Shown: piece after piece, positions 37,828 through 47,070 of the stretch
How the letters are laid out: every line of letters starts with the position of its first letter
How positions within the stretch are numbered: position 1 is the first letter of the stretch
DNA from: Candidatus Gastranaerophilales bacterium
GTDB taxonomy: Bacteria; Cyanobacteriota; Vampirovibrionia; Gastranaerophilales; Gastranaerophilaceae
DNA: 64,000 nt
Assembly: GCA_944324395.1 (NCBI GenBank)
Contig: CALUWC010000005.1
Coordinates: forward strand, 32,366-96,365
Direction: 5' to 3'
The notes under the pieces: generated by a model
Databases searched by the model: none
What the model was told of the DNA's origin: nothing
What the model saw: only the letters and a program-made list of their open reading frames with translations
Position numbers and translations under genes: made by a program

Positions 37828-38661
37828 TTATTCACCGTATTCCATATTTTCAAGTTCTTCAAGATATTCTTTTTCGAGGTCTGTGTTATTATCAGCTATA
37901 TCTCTATCATCATTGCCATAGTCGTGCTGATATTCTTCATAATTACTATAATCGTCGTCATTATCATAATTTTGTGAGTTTTTCTTATTAGCTGTTTTTT
38001 CATCAGGACGGGTTGCAGCATTATAAACTCCTGCAATTCCTGCACCTACACCTAAAGTTGTACCTGTTGCTTTAGCTGTTTTATCAAAAACCTCACTTGC
38101 GGATTTTCCTTTAAAATGACTTGCTATGGCATTATAGCCTGATTTTATTGCTGTGGCTGCAAGCTTAACTCCGCTGCCGATAAGTTCAAATACTTTAACT
38201 ATTTGTCTGCCTACAGCATTATTGTTCATTTTATTCAAAAACTCAGAATTTTTAAAGCGTTTAGCTCCTTCTGCAATAGCTTCTGCAACCGAATTTCTTG
38301 CGGATTGGAGTCCTTTTGCTACCGGTTTTAAGATTGTTTTAAATTCTTTTGCGACATTGCTGTTTGCACTTGTTAAAATTCCATTTTTAATAAATTTGGA
38401 ACCTTTTGATGTTCCCCACATTACAAGCCAGCCGTCGAATAATCCTTCAGCTGCTATCTGGCAGCCTTTAAATGTTTTTTTTAGAAAGTCAGGAGTTTTT
38501 TTATCTTTACTCATTTGACCAAATTCTTTAGCTTGATTTTCATAAAATAAGGTTTTTTCACAAAAGTTGGAATCTTCTGCTGAGTTTATGGAATAATAAC
38601 CCTGTTTAAAAGAGATGTTTCTATTAGTTGCTTGTCTGAAATTTGGTTGAATTGTCAGCAT
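37828..38661 (-). CDS. Hypothetical protein with acidic Asp/Tyr/Asn-rich tail
   Basis: ORF. N-proximal ISFKQG motif. C-terminal NYDNDDDYSNYEEYQHDYGNDDRD. Confidence 0.65.
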   Translation of the reverse strand: MLTIQPNFRQATNRNISFKQGYYSINSAEDSNFCEKTLFYENQAKEFGQMSKDKKTPDFLKKTFKGCQIAAEGLFDGWLVMWGTSKGSKFIKNGILTSANSNVAKEFKTILKPVAKGLQSARNSVAEAIAEGAKRFKNSEFLNKMNNNAVGRQIVKVFELIGSGVKLAATAIKSGYNAIASHFKGKSASEVFDKTAKATGTTLGVGAGIAGVYNAATRPDEKTANKKNSQNYDNDDDYSNYEEYQHDYGNDDRDIADNNTDLEKEYLEELENMEYGE

Positions 38662-38787
38662 ATCATTCCCCCACTACCTTATAAATGTTTTCCAATCGTA
38701 TAATACGAATGAATAAATTTTTTTGCTATTTTATGTGAGATCCATTAACAAAATGTTACAATAAAGCAACTTTATTATCCCATAATT

Positions 38788-39732
38788 TTAAGGGTTTGTA
38801 AAGTATTTTGCACTTTGAAAAGAATTTCTTTTTATTAATTCTCTGTCTATTTTATTAAGACAGTCTAATTTTGCTCCCAGCCATCTTGGAGCTATTAAAT
38901 TTTTCTTTAATCCGTTGCCTGCAAGTCTGTGTATTGTTGTTTCAGGCGACAGCAGTTCGAGAAAGTCACATACCAGATTTACATATTCGTCCTCACTCAT
39001 AAAATCTATTTCATTATTTTCATATAGCTTTGAAAGTTTTGTATCTTTTAAGGCACAAAGCATATGAATTTTAACCCCGTCAACTTTTAATTGTGCAAGT
39101 TTTTGAGCTGTCTGCAAAATTTCTTCTTTTGTTTCCCATAGCCCGAAGATTACGTGAACACAAACATTAATACCTTTTTCTTTTGTTTTCTCATAAGATT
39201 TTAAAAAACAATTGAAATCGTGTCCCCTGTTTATTTTTTGTAAAGTTTTATCATGAATAGATTGTAAACCGTATTCAATCCATGTATAGTAATCTTTTGA
39301 AATATCTGAAATGAGATTTAGTTTATCCTCATCCACGCAATCAGGTCTTGTTCCTATAGATAAACCAACAATATCCGGATGTGTAAGTGCTGATTTATAT
39401 ATTTTTTCAAGTTCATTTATAGGTTTATAAGTGTTGGTGTATGCTTGAAAATAAGACATGAATTTTTCGGCTTTGAACCTGTCGTGCAGAGTCTTTGCAC
39501 CAATTTTTACCTGTTCTTCTATTGATAAAAGATTAGAATGCGCTTGAGAAAAACTTCCGCCGTCATCACAAAAAATACAACCACCTTTAGATATTGTTCC
39601 ATCTCTGTTTGGACATGAAAATCCTGCATCAATTGTTATTTTATAAACCTTTGCGCCAAACTTATTTTTAAGGAATGCACTAAATTGGTTGTATCTTTTG
39701 TCTGTGTTATTAAAAAACATTGCTTCAGTCAT
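38788..39732 (-). CDS. Radical SAM protein, TIGR01212 family
   Basis: FSCPNRDGTISKGGCIFC cluster motif near the N-terminus, about 310 aa. Confidence 0.85.
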   Translation of the reverse strand: MTEAMFFNNTDKRYNQFSAFLKNKFGAKVYKITIDAGFSCPNRDGTISKGGCIFCDDGGSFSQAHSNLLSIEEQVKIGAKTLHDRFKAEKFMSYFQAYTNTYKPINELEKIYKSALTHPDIVGLSIGTRPDCVDEDKLNLISDISKDYYTWIEYGLQSIHDKTLQKINRGHDFNCFLKSYEKTKEKGINVCVHVIFGLWETKEEILQTAQKLAQLKVDGVKIHMLCALKDTKLSKLYENNEIDFMSEDEYVNLVCDFLELLSPETTIHRLAGNGLKKNLIAPRWLGAKLDCLNKIDRELIKRNSFQSAKYFTNP

Positions 39733-39762
39733 AATTTCTTTGGATATTTATCCTTTAGAAAA

Positions 39763-39933
39763 TTATTTATTATCTTCTTCGTTGTCATAAATCGGATAAA
39801 CGTAATGTTCACCGCAATTTGGACAAACTACTTCTTGCTGCTTTCCGTCTTCTAATTGAGCTACTTCAAACAAGCATTTACATCCGGATTGTACACATCT
39901 GATTGCCCATGTCGGTCTTATTAATCTTGCCAT
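39763..39933 (-). CDS. Small zinc-ribbon-like protein (56 aa), not in the ORF track
   Basis: My translation: MARLIRPTWAIRCVQSGCKCLFEVAQLEDGKQQEVVCPNCGEHYVYPIYDNEEDNK. AAGAGGG SD. It sits 30 nt upstream of the radical SAM gene. Confidence 0.55.
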   Translation of the reverse strand: MARLIRPTWAIRCVQSGCKCLFEVAQLEDGKQQEVVCPNCGEHYVYPIYDNEEDNK

Positions 39934-40085
39934 ATTTTATACCCTCTTTTCCTTTTCTACAAATTGATTTTAACACTTAAGAGTGTAAGTTGCAAGTTTT
40001 ATTTGATGATGAAATATGATGTTTGCAGGGCTAAAATTTTATTTTTGTTATTTTTATAGTATTATGATTTTAAAGGATTTATACT

Positions 40086-41369
40086 ATGCAGTTTATAGAT
40101 AAGGCAAAAATAAAAATTAGCTCCGGTAAAGGCGGTAACGGTGTTGTAGCTTGGCGTCGTGAAAAATTTGTGGATAAAGGTGGACCAGCTGGAGGTGACG
40201 GCGGCAAAGGTGGTAGTGTATATTTAATTGCAGATGAGGGTTTATCAACTCTTCTTGATTTTACCTACCGTTCTATATTCAAAGCTGATAACGGAGAAAA
40301 TGGCTTCAAAAAAAGTATGCATGGAAAAAGTGCCAGAGATTTGTATATAAAGGTTCCGGTAGGAACTATCGTCAAGGATTTGAAATCTGGAAATATAATT
40401 GCAGATTTAATTGAACATGGTCAGTCTGTTCTTGTTGCAAAAGGCGGCAGAGGCGGTAGAGGAAATACTCATTTTTGTACTCCGCAAAACAGAGCTCCGC
40501 AATATTGTGAACCCGGAGAACCGGGTATTGAAAGAGAATTGCAGCTGGAGTTAAAACTTCTGGCTGATGTTGGGCTTTTGGGTTTTCCTAATGCCGGTAA
40601 ATCAACATTTATAAGCAGAGTGTCTGCGGCTAAACCTAAAATTGCAGATTATCCGTTTACGACAATTGTTCCGAATCTAGGTGTCGTAAGAAAAGATTCC
40701 GGCGACGGCTATGTAATTGCTGATATTCCCGGATTAATTGAAGGTGCTTCAAAAGGAGTCGGCTTGGGGCACGATTTTTTACGTCACGTTGAAAGATGCA
40801 GGTTTTTACTGCATATTGTTGACGGTACAGAAGAAGATCCTGTTAAAAATTATAAAATTATAAATGATGAACTGGCTAAGTATTCTGAAAAACTCTCTAA
40901 TCTCTATCAGGTTGTTGCGATAAATAAAATTGATGCAATTGATAAAGACAGATTAGATGAGTTAAAATCCCAATTTAAAGCTCTCGGTGTAGTGCCTTTC
41001 TGTATATCTGCTGTTACCGGAGAAAATCTGGAGCTGCTTAAACACGAATTAGAACATAAAGTTGATACAATTGAAAAACCTGCGTCAGAAGTTACTGTAG
41101 AAGAAGATTTAGATGCTACAAATAATGATGACGGATATTGGTCAGTACAAAAAGTTAATAAAAATACTTATGTTGTTACAGGCGGAAGAATAATAAGAAT
41201 TTCCCAGGTTACAGACCAGAGAAGTACTGAACAGGTTATAAGATTTCAAAATATAATGACATCTATGGGAATTATTGATGAATTAAAACGTCTAGGTATA
41301 CAAAATGGTGATACTGTTGTTGTCGGCAAGCTAGAACTTGAATACTGGGATGACGAAGTTTATAAATAA
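40086..41369 (+). CDS. obg: GTPase Obg/CgtA
   Basis: Gly-rich Obg fold (GGNGVVAWRREKF, GGDGGKGGSVY), G1 motif GFPNAGKST, C-terminal OCT-like domain. Confidence 0.93.
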   Translation: MQFIDKAKIKISSGKGGNGVVAWRREKFVDKGGPAGGDGGKGGSVYLIADEGLSTLLDFTYRSIFKADNGENGFKKSMHGKSARDLYIKVPVGTIVKDLKSGNIIADLIEHGQSVLVAKGGRGGRGNTHFCTPQNRAPQYCEPGEPGIERELQLELKLLADVGLLGFPNAGKSTFISRVSAAKPKIADYPFTTIVPNLGVVRKDSGDGYVIADIPGLIEGASKGVGLGHDFLRHVERCRFLLHIVDGTEEDPVKNYKIINDELAKYSEKLSNLYQVVAINKIDAIDKDRLDELKSQFKALGVVPFCISAVTGENLELLKHELEHKVDTIEKPASEVTVEEDLDATNNDDGYWSVQKVNKNTYVVTGGRIIRISQVTDQRSTEQVIRFQNIMTSMGIIDELKRLGIQNGDTVVVGKLELEYWDDEVYK

Positions 41370-41414
41370 AAACTTGCTTAAAAGAGAGTTTTCTTGTTAG
41401 TCAGGATATTGCAT

Positions 41415-41460
41415 AAATATTGGTGAGCTAGTTTGATTTTGCCCACCAATATTTAGATTT
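41415..41460 (+). terminator. Terminator after obg
   Basis: 14-bp stem AAATATTGGTGAGC/GCCCACCAATATTT with one mismatch. Confidence 0.6.
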
Positions 41461-41478
41461 TACAAAAGTAGTTTAATT

Positions 41479-41640
41479 TTAGTCCTCGGGTATAAATAGT
41501 GGAGTTTTTGATAATAATTCTCTTGTGTGTTCATAGCAACAGCTGTGTTTTGTCAATTGCTGATATTCTCTCACGATATTTAATACATCATCTGTAGATA
41601 ATTTAATAATCCTTCTTGTACCTTCAATAATTGTTGCCAT
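41479..41640 (-). CDS. Possible small protein (53 aa), not in the ORF track
   Basis: My translation: MATIIEGTRRIIKLSTDDVLNIVREYQQLTKHSCCYEHTRELLSKTPLFIPED. AAAGGGA SD. TTGAAT-17-ATAAAT promoter-like sequence upstream. Confidence 0.4.
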   Translation of the reverse strand: MATIIEGTRRIIKLSTDDVLNIVREYQQLTKHSCCYEHTRELLSKTPLFIPED

Positions 41641-41731
41641 ACCATAATCCCTTTCTTTTTTCTATTTATTCGGGATAAATTTTAATCTTCTTTAATTGTT
41701 CATTTATATGGTTTAAAAATCTTTATTCAAT

Positions 41732-41764
41732 AAAAAAGGATGAATTAGCTTCATCCTTTTTTTA
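41732..41764 (-). terminator. Terminator after the 438-aa gene
   Basis: AGGATGAA/TTCATCCT stem flanked by A- and T-runs, immediately after the stop at 41767. Confidence 0.75.
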
Positions 41765-41766
41765 TT

Positions 41767-43083
41767 TTAAAATTCATAGTTGCTTGGATTTTTAAGAGTT
41801 ACATTTGTGAACCCGTCAGCTGCAATTTGTTGTCTGATTTGTTCTGCTATATCTTTTCTTGCGTTTGTAGCGTTCCAGCTAGCTCCGGTACTTGCCGTGT
41901 ATGTATGAACTCTTCCTGTTGAATCTGTAAATCTAGCTACACCGGATCCTTGGTTAAGACCCATTGTATGGATTTTAAATGTAATTGTTGCGGTGTACGC
42001 TTTAGTTTTATTTTGTCTTGTAGCTTCTTGAGTATTGGAAACTTTCTTTTCAGTTTGAGCTCCTGTCGTTTTTGATTTGTATGAAACTTGGGCTCCGTCA
42101 TACTTTTTGCTTCCTTCTTCAACATATTGTTTTCTCAGATAGTCAATGCTTGGTAAATCTAATTTGTCCCAGTTAGCATTAGCTTTTATTGAGCCATCAG
42201 CGTTGAATATACTCGGGTTGTAGGAAATCATTTTCTTTGTTAAGTCTGCTCGGTCCGTTGCACTTAAGAAATCCATTTTACCGCCGGCACTTAATAGTTT
42301 ATCAACAACTGCTGCAGCACTGTCGCATTTAGAAAGCTGTAAGTGGATGTTTTCATTTCCTGTTTTAGTATCGGATCTGTACCAGCCATTAGCTACATGT
42401 ACTTTACCTGTTCCTGAACCTTCGCCAGTTCCAGATGCGTTGCCGGCTTTTGTATTTCCGTTGTCTGAAGGAGGTACGGCTGCTTTTTCTTCAGTTGGTT
42501 TGTTTCCATCAGGCTGTTCTGTTGGCTTATTTCCATCAGGCTGTTCTGTTGGTACATTCTTTTCAGGTTCTTCTTCGGCTTTAGGTCCTTGAGGTTCTTC
42601 TTTCTTGTGTTTTAGTAATTTATCGCACATTTCATCGAAGTTGCCTTCTTCATGTATGGTTTGATCTTTATTAACAGCATCATAATGTCCGTTTCCGTCT
42701 GAGGTTATAACCCAATCAGGGAACATTTTCTGCAGGTCAGCAAGTCGGTCGCCTTTTGGCTGATTTTGAACAGGCATTTGTGCCTGGTTTATCATTCCAA
42801 ACGGACTCATGCCCATACCCATGCCCATACCGCCGCCAAATAATCCGCCGAACAATCCGCCGCCGAACAGTCCGCCGCCGAACAGTCCGCCGAATAATCC
42901 TGACATAAAGCCCCAGAATCCTGTAGGTCCGTTATTTATGGTTACATTTGTTGTTTTTGTAAAAGATGAACCGCCTAACATTACTGGCCGTCCGCCTCTT
43001 ACATTGACGTGTGGTCTTCTTGAGTATTGTCCGCCCATTACGTAGCGGGTGTTGAATGCTTTACCAAATCCGTAAATGCCCAT
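41767..43083 (-). CDS. Hypothetical 438-aa protein with Gly/Phe/Met low-complexity segment and tandem repeats
   Basis: ORF with AAGAGGA SD. GLFGGLFGGGLFGGGLFGGLFGGGMGMGMGM, 2 x PTEQPDGNK, and a C-terminal globular region. Confidence 0.75.
   Translation of the reverse strand: MGIYGFGKAFNTRYVMGGQYSRRPHVNVRGGRPVMLGGSSFTKTTNVTINNGPTGFWGFMSGLFGGLFGGGLFGGGLFGGLFGGGMGMGMGMSPFGMINQAQMPVQNQPKGDRLADLQKMFPDWVITSDGNGHYDAVNKDQTIHEEGNFDEMCDKLLKHKKEEPQGPKAEEEPEKNVPTEQPDGNKPTEQPDGNKPTEEKAAVPPSDNGNTKAGNASGTGEGSGTGKVHVANGWYRSDTKTGNENIHLQLSKCDSAAAVVDKLLSAGGKMDFLSATDRADLTKKMISYNPSIFNADGSIKANANWDKLDLPSIDYLRKQYVEEGSKKYDGAQVSYKSKTTGAQTEKKVSNTQEATRQNKTKAYTATITFKIHTMGLNQGSGVARFTDSTGRVHTYTASTGASWNATNARKDIAEQIRQQIAADGFTNVTLKNPSNYEF
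42496..42549. repeat. Tandem 27-nt coding repeat (2 copies, 24/27 identical)
   Basis: TTGGTTTGTTTCCATCAGGCTGTTCTG / TTGGCTTATTTCCATCAGGCTGTTCTG, encoding PTEQPDGNK twice on the minus strand. Confidence 0.85.
42808..42902. repeat. Imperfect short coding repeats (CCGCCGAACA[A/G]TCCG and CATGCCCATACC units)
   Basis: Encode (GLFGG)n and (GM)n on the minus strand. Confidence 0.8.
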
Positions 43084-43102
43084 ATACTTGTCCTCTTATT
43101 TA

Positions 43103-43143
43103 ATACTTTATATATATAAAGTATATACTATTTAGATAATTGC
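43103..43143 (-). promoter_or_regulatory. Shared upstream element, site S5, with perfect 20-bp palindrome
   Basis: Minus strand reads GCAATT-N19(...ATATACTT)-TATATA. Palindrome TACTTTATATATATAAAGTA at 43104-43123, about 20 nt from the 438-aa gene start. Confidence 0.65.
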
Positions 43144-43301
43144 TTATATACCCTCGTTTTTGTTACATATCTTTACAATTGCAAGGAGTATATTATCGTG
43201 GAAAGTCTTTGGTGGTCTTAGTTTTTGGTTTGTTGTAAAAATAAGCAGAGTTGTTAAAATTTTTCTAACCTCTCTGCTTATTTTTTAGTTTACTTTATTT
43301 T

Positions 43302-44027
43302 TTAGGCTAATAAAATTCCGTTGTTTGTATATGATGATTTTATTGCAGAAGTACCGAGTTTTGAGGCTGCTCCTGCTATTGGATTATAGAATGATAATGC
43401 TGTAGTTCCTATATCTGCTAATCCGCTTAATAGTGATCCTCCCGAATTTTGTGCATTGTATGCATTTGCATTGTAGTTATTTCCGGATTCTGCATTTGAT
43501 TGTGCTGCTTGCATATAGCTCAGGATATTGTTATTCATGATTGTATTTAAGTTGCTTAACAGTGTAATATAGTTTATTCTGTTTGCCATTTCGTTTGCGT
43601 ACAATTCGTCTTGTTTCATTAATAGAGAATCACTTAAATCCGCAACAGCTTGAGCTTTGTTGTCTGTAATATTACTTAAATTATCCATGAATATTGAGTT
43701 GTCAAAGTTCCCGAATCTGGATGCGATATTATTTTTCAATGCCGTTTCCATTGGTGTGTAAATACTGTTTATCTGATTTATACCCTCTTGTTTGTAAGCA
43801 TCAAGCTGATTGTTCCACATCTGCTGTTTTTCATCCGATATTTCAAACAGATTACCCAGAGATGTTTCTAAATTGTTTTGGATGCTGTTGTAGATATTCT
43901 TTTCTGTATCAGACATATTGTAGGAACTGTTAATAGAACCGTCATTTTTGGAAGTTGAAGCTACAGTATTACCGTTTACTACAATATTTCCTGATGAATA
44001 GTTAGGATATTTAGATTTTTTACCCAT
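43302..44027 (-). CDS. Hypothetical Asn/Ser-rich protein (241 aa), distant paralog of the 270-aa Gly/Ser-rich protein
   Basis: ORF. Shares the K.QMW and SGLADI...G..S.LG motifs with 19982-20794. A hairpin at 43243-43279 follows the stop. Confidence 0.7.
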   Translation of the reverse strand: MGKKSKYPNYSSGNIVVNGNTVASTSKNDGSINSSYNMSDTEKNIYNSIQNNLETSLGNLFEISDEKQQMWNNQLDAYKQEGINQINSIYTPMETALKNNIASRFGNFDNSIFMDNLSNITDNKAQAVADLSDSLLMKQDELYANEMANRINYITLLSNLNTIMNNNILSYMQAAQSNAESGNNYNANAYNAQNSGGSLLSGLADIGTTALSFYNPIAGAASKLGTSAIKSSYTNNGILLA

Positions 44028-44170
44028 ATAAATATTTCCTTTCCTGATAAGGACAATATTTAATGGTTTTCAATCGGCTAGGATATCTATATTATAACAT
44101 TTTTTGGTAATTTTGTAAAGTTCGTTTTATATAATTTGAAATTAATTTATCCTCGTATCATAATTGTATT

Positions 44171-47005
44171 ATGTCTGATAGGATTAAAATTGTTGGAGCA
44201 AAAGAACATAATTTAAAAAATGTATCCTTAGAACTCCCCAAAAATGAGCTTATTGTTTTTACCGGAGTTTCAGGTTCTGGTAAGAGTTCTCTTGCTTTTG
44301 ATACGATTTTTGCTGAAGGTCAAAGACGTTATGTTGAAAGTCTTTCAACTTATGCCAGACAATTTTTGGGACAGTTGGATAAACCTAATGTTGAGTATAT
44401 TGACGGGTTATCTCCTGCAATTTCGATTGATCAGAAATCAAAAAGCAACAATCCCCGCTCTACTGTCGGTACAATTACAGAAATTTATGATTATTTAAGA
44501 TTGTTATATGCCAGAATAGGTACTCCTTATTGCCCTGTTTGCGGAAAGAAAATTAAGCCGCAGACTTTAGATGAAATAGTTAATAAAATTCTTGCTTTGG
44601 GCGAAGGTGTAAAAATTCAGATTTTAGCTCCTGTTATCAGGGGTAAAAAGGGAGAGTATTCTTCTTTGTTTGAAGAGTTAAGGCAGGAAGGTTTTGTCAG
44701 GGTAAAAGTTGACGGTGAAATCTTTAATCTTGACGAAGATGAAATTGAACTGGCAAAAACTAAAAAACATGATATTTCTATTGTTGTTGACCGTATTGTT
44801 GTAAAAGAATCAGCAGCTTCAAGAATTGCCGATAGTGTCCAAATTTCCTTGAAAAAAGCTGATGGAATTGTTATTGCCGATGTCGTCGGAGATAAAGAAA
44901 TTGTGTTCAGCGAAAAATTAGCCTGTCCTGATTGTAATATAAGTTTTGAAGAGTTAACTCCGAGAATTTTTTCATTCAATGCTCCTTACGGTGCTTGTGA
45001 AAGATGTTCCGGGCTCGGAGCAGATTTTATTGTTGATCCTGATTTGGTTGTACCCGATAAGTCACTATCGTTAAATGACGGTGCAATTTATGCGTGGGCA
45101 ACAAGAAGTGCTTCCACTTATTATCATGATTTATTAAGCTCTGTTTGTTCCGCTTACGACATAGATATGAATATGCCGTTTGAAAAATTGTCTGAAGCTC
45201 AGCAAAATATTATTCTGTATGGTTCTGAGGATCCTATAAAAATCAGGGTCAAACAGTTTGGTACAAGCAGATATCAGACGAATATACAAAGATTTGTCGG
45301 AGTCATTCCGTTTTTGGAAAAAAGATATAATGATTCGACTGGTGATTACTGGCGGGAAGAAATTGAAAAATTTATGGTTGCAAAGCCTTGTCCTGTATGC
45401 GGCGGAGCAAGGTTGAAGCCGTTTCCGCTTGCTGTGAGAATTAAAGATAAAAATATTTATGAATTTACCAAGATGTCTGTTGATGACGAACTGAAATTTA
45501 TAACGGAATTATATTTGGATTTGACAGAATATCAACTAAAAGTTGCAAAACAAATTTTAGATGAAATACGTGCAAGACTTAAATTTTTAAGTGATGTCGG
45601 GCTTCATTATCTTGATCTCGCTCGTATGGCAGGAACATTATCCGGCGGAGAATCGCAGCGTATTCGTCTGGCTTCTCAAATCGGCAGCGGTTTGAGCGGG
45701 GTTTTGTATGTTTTAGATGAACCGTCTATCGGTTTACACCAGAGAGATAATGATATGCTTATCAAAACTCTGTTCAAATTGAGAAATCTAGGGAATACTC
45801 TGATTGTAGTCGAACATGATGAAGATACTATAAGAAGTGCAGATTTTATTGTGGATATCGGACCAAAAGCAGGCGAGGCCGGCGGTAAAATTATAGCTAA
45901 AGGTTCAGTTGATGATATTATTGTATCTAAGGCTTCTATTACCGGTAAGTATTTAAGCGGTGAAAAATTTATTCCTGTTCCTGATAAAATTCGTGAAGGT
46001 AACGGGCATTTTCTTCAAATAAAAAATGCATATTTGAATAATTTAAAACATATAGATGTTGAAATTCCGCTTGGTAAAATTGTTGTATTAACAGGGGTTT
46101 CAGGCTCTGGAAAGTCGACTTTGATGCAGGATATTCTGTTTGAATATGCGGCTCATAAATTAAGAAAAAATAAGCCAAAACCTCAAGGTGTGGATGAAAT
46201 TTCAGGTTTTGAAAATATTGATAAAGTTATTGATATTGATCAATCTCCAATCGGGAGAACTCCTCGTTCAAATCCGGCAACTTATACTGATGTGTTCACT
46301 CCAATAAGAGAATTGTATGCTAAAACAAACGAGTCAAAAGTCAGAGGTTATAAGCCCGGAAGATTTAGTTTTAACGTGAAAGGCGGCAGGTGCGAAGCTT
46401 GTAAAGGCGACGGACTTGTTAAAATTGAAATGAACTTCTTATCTGATGTTTATGTGAAATGTGATGTGTGCAAAGGTAAACGTTATAATAGAGAAACACT
46501 TGAGGTTAAATATAAAGGTAAAACTATTTCTGATGTTCTTGAAATGAGTGTTAAAGAAGCTCTGGAATTTTTTGACAGTATCCCATCTATAAAAAATAAG
46601 CTGCAGACTTTAAATGATGTCGGACTTGATTATATGAAGCTCGGTCAAAGTGCAACAACTCTTTCCGGCGGGGAGGCTCAGCGAATAAAGCTTGCTTCGG
46701 AACTTAATAAGCGTTCTACCGGAAAAACTTTATATCTGCTTGATGAACCGTCTGTAGGTTTGCATTGGGCAGATTTGGATAAGCTTGCCAAAATTTTGCA
46801 GACTCTTGCGGATCAAGGTAATACAATTTTGATGATTGAACACAATCTTGATTTGATTAAAATTGCCGATTATATTATTGATTTAGGACCTGAAGGCGGA
46901 GTAGACGGGGGCAGAGTTATTGCTCAAGGCACTCCTTCTGAAGTTATCAAATGTAAAGATTCTTATACCGGAAAATATTTAGCAAAATATCTCAAAAATG
47001 CTTGA
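44171..47005 (+). CDS. uvrA: Excinuclease ABC subunit A
   Basis: 944 aa. Two ABC modules (GVSGSGKSS, LSGGESQR / LSGGEAQR) and zinc-finger CxxC pairs. Confidence 0.95.
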   Translation: MSDRIKIVGAKEHNLKNVSLELPKNELIVFTGVSGSGKSSLAFDTIFAEGQRRYVESLSTYARQFLGQLDKPNVEYIDGLSPAISIDQKSKSNNPRSTVGTITEIYDYLRLLYARIGTPYCPVCGKKIKPQTLDEIVNKILALGEGVKIQILAPVIRGKKGEYSSLFEELRQEGFVRVKVDGEIFNLDEDEIELAKTKKHDISIVVDRIVVKESAASRIADSVQISLKKADGIVIADVVGDKEIVFSEKLACPDCNISFEELTPRIFSFNAPYGACERCSGLGADFIVDPDLVVPDKSLSLNDGAIYAWATRSASTYYHDLLSSVCSAYDIDMNMPFEKLSEAQQNIILYGSEDPIKIRVKQFGTSRYQTNIQRFVGVIPFLEKRYNDSTGDYWREEIEKFMVAKPCPVCGGARLKPFPLAVRIKDKNIYEFTKMSVDDELKFITELYLDLTEYQLKVAKQILDEIRARLKFLSDVGLHYLDLARMAGTLSGGESQRIRLASQIGSGLSGVLYVLDEPSIGLHQRDNDMLIKTLFKLRNLGNTLIVVEHDEDTIRSADFIVDIGPKAGEAGGKIIAKGSVDDIIVSKASITGKYLSGEKFIPVPDKIREGNGHFLQIKNAYLNNLKHIDVEIPLGKIVVLTGVSGSGKSTLMQDILFEYAAHKLRKNKPKPQGVDEISGFENIDKVIDIDQSPIGRTPRSNPATYTDVFTPIRELYAKTNESKVRGYKPGRFSFNVKGGRCEACKGDGLVKIEMNFLSDVYVKCDVCKGKRYNRETLEVKYKGKTISDVLEMSVKEALEFFDSIPSIKNKLQTLNDVGLDYMKLGQSATTLSGGEAQRIKLASELNKRSTGKTLYLLDEPSVGLHWADLDKLAKILQTLADQGNTILMIEHNLDLIKIADYIIDLGPEGGVDGGRVIAQGTPSEVIKCKDSYTGKYLAKYLKNA

Positions 47006-47070
47006 TATTATTGAAAATTTGAATTTTAATAAAAATTTTGATATTATATATTTGTAAACTGGGTGTGTTT

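Noticed and set aside
43302-44027. The 241-aa protein ends in ...NNGILLA, considered as another member of the ...ALLA/...LLG tail family.
   Set aside because: Only the last three residues match. The preceding [RK]A.[TV]N..[IL][LV][ED] part of the tail is absent.
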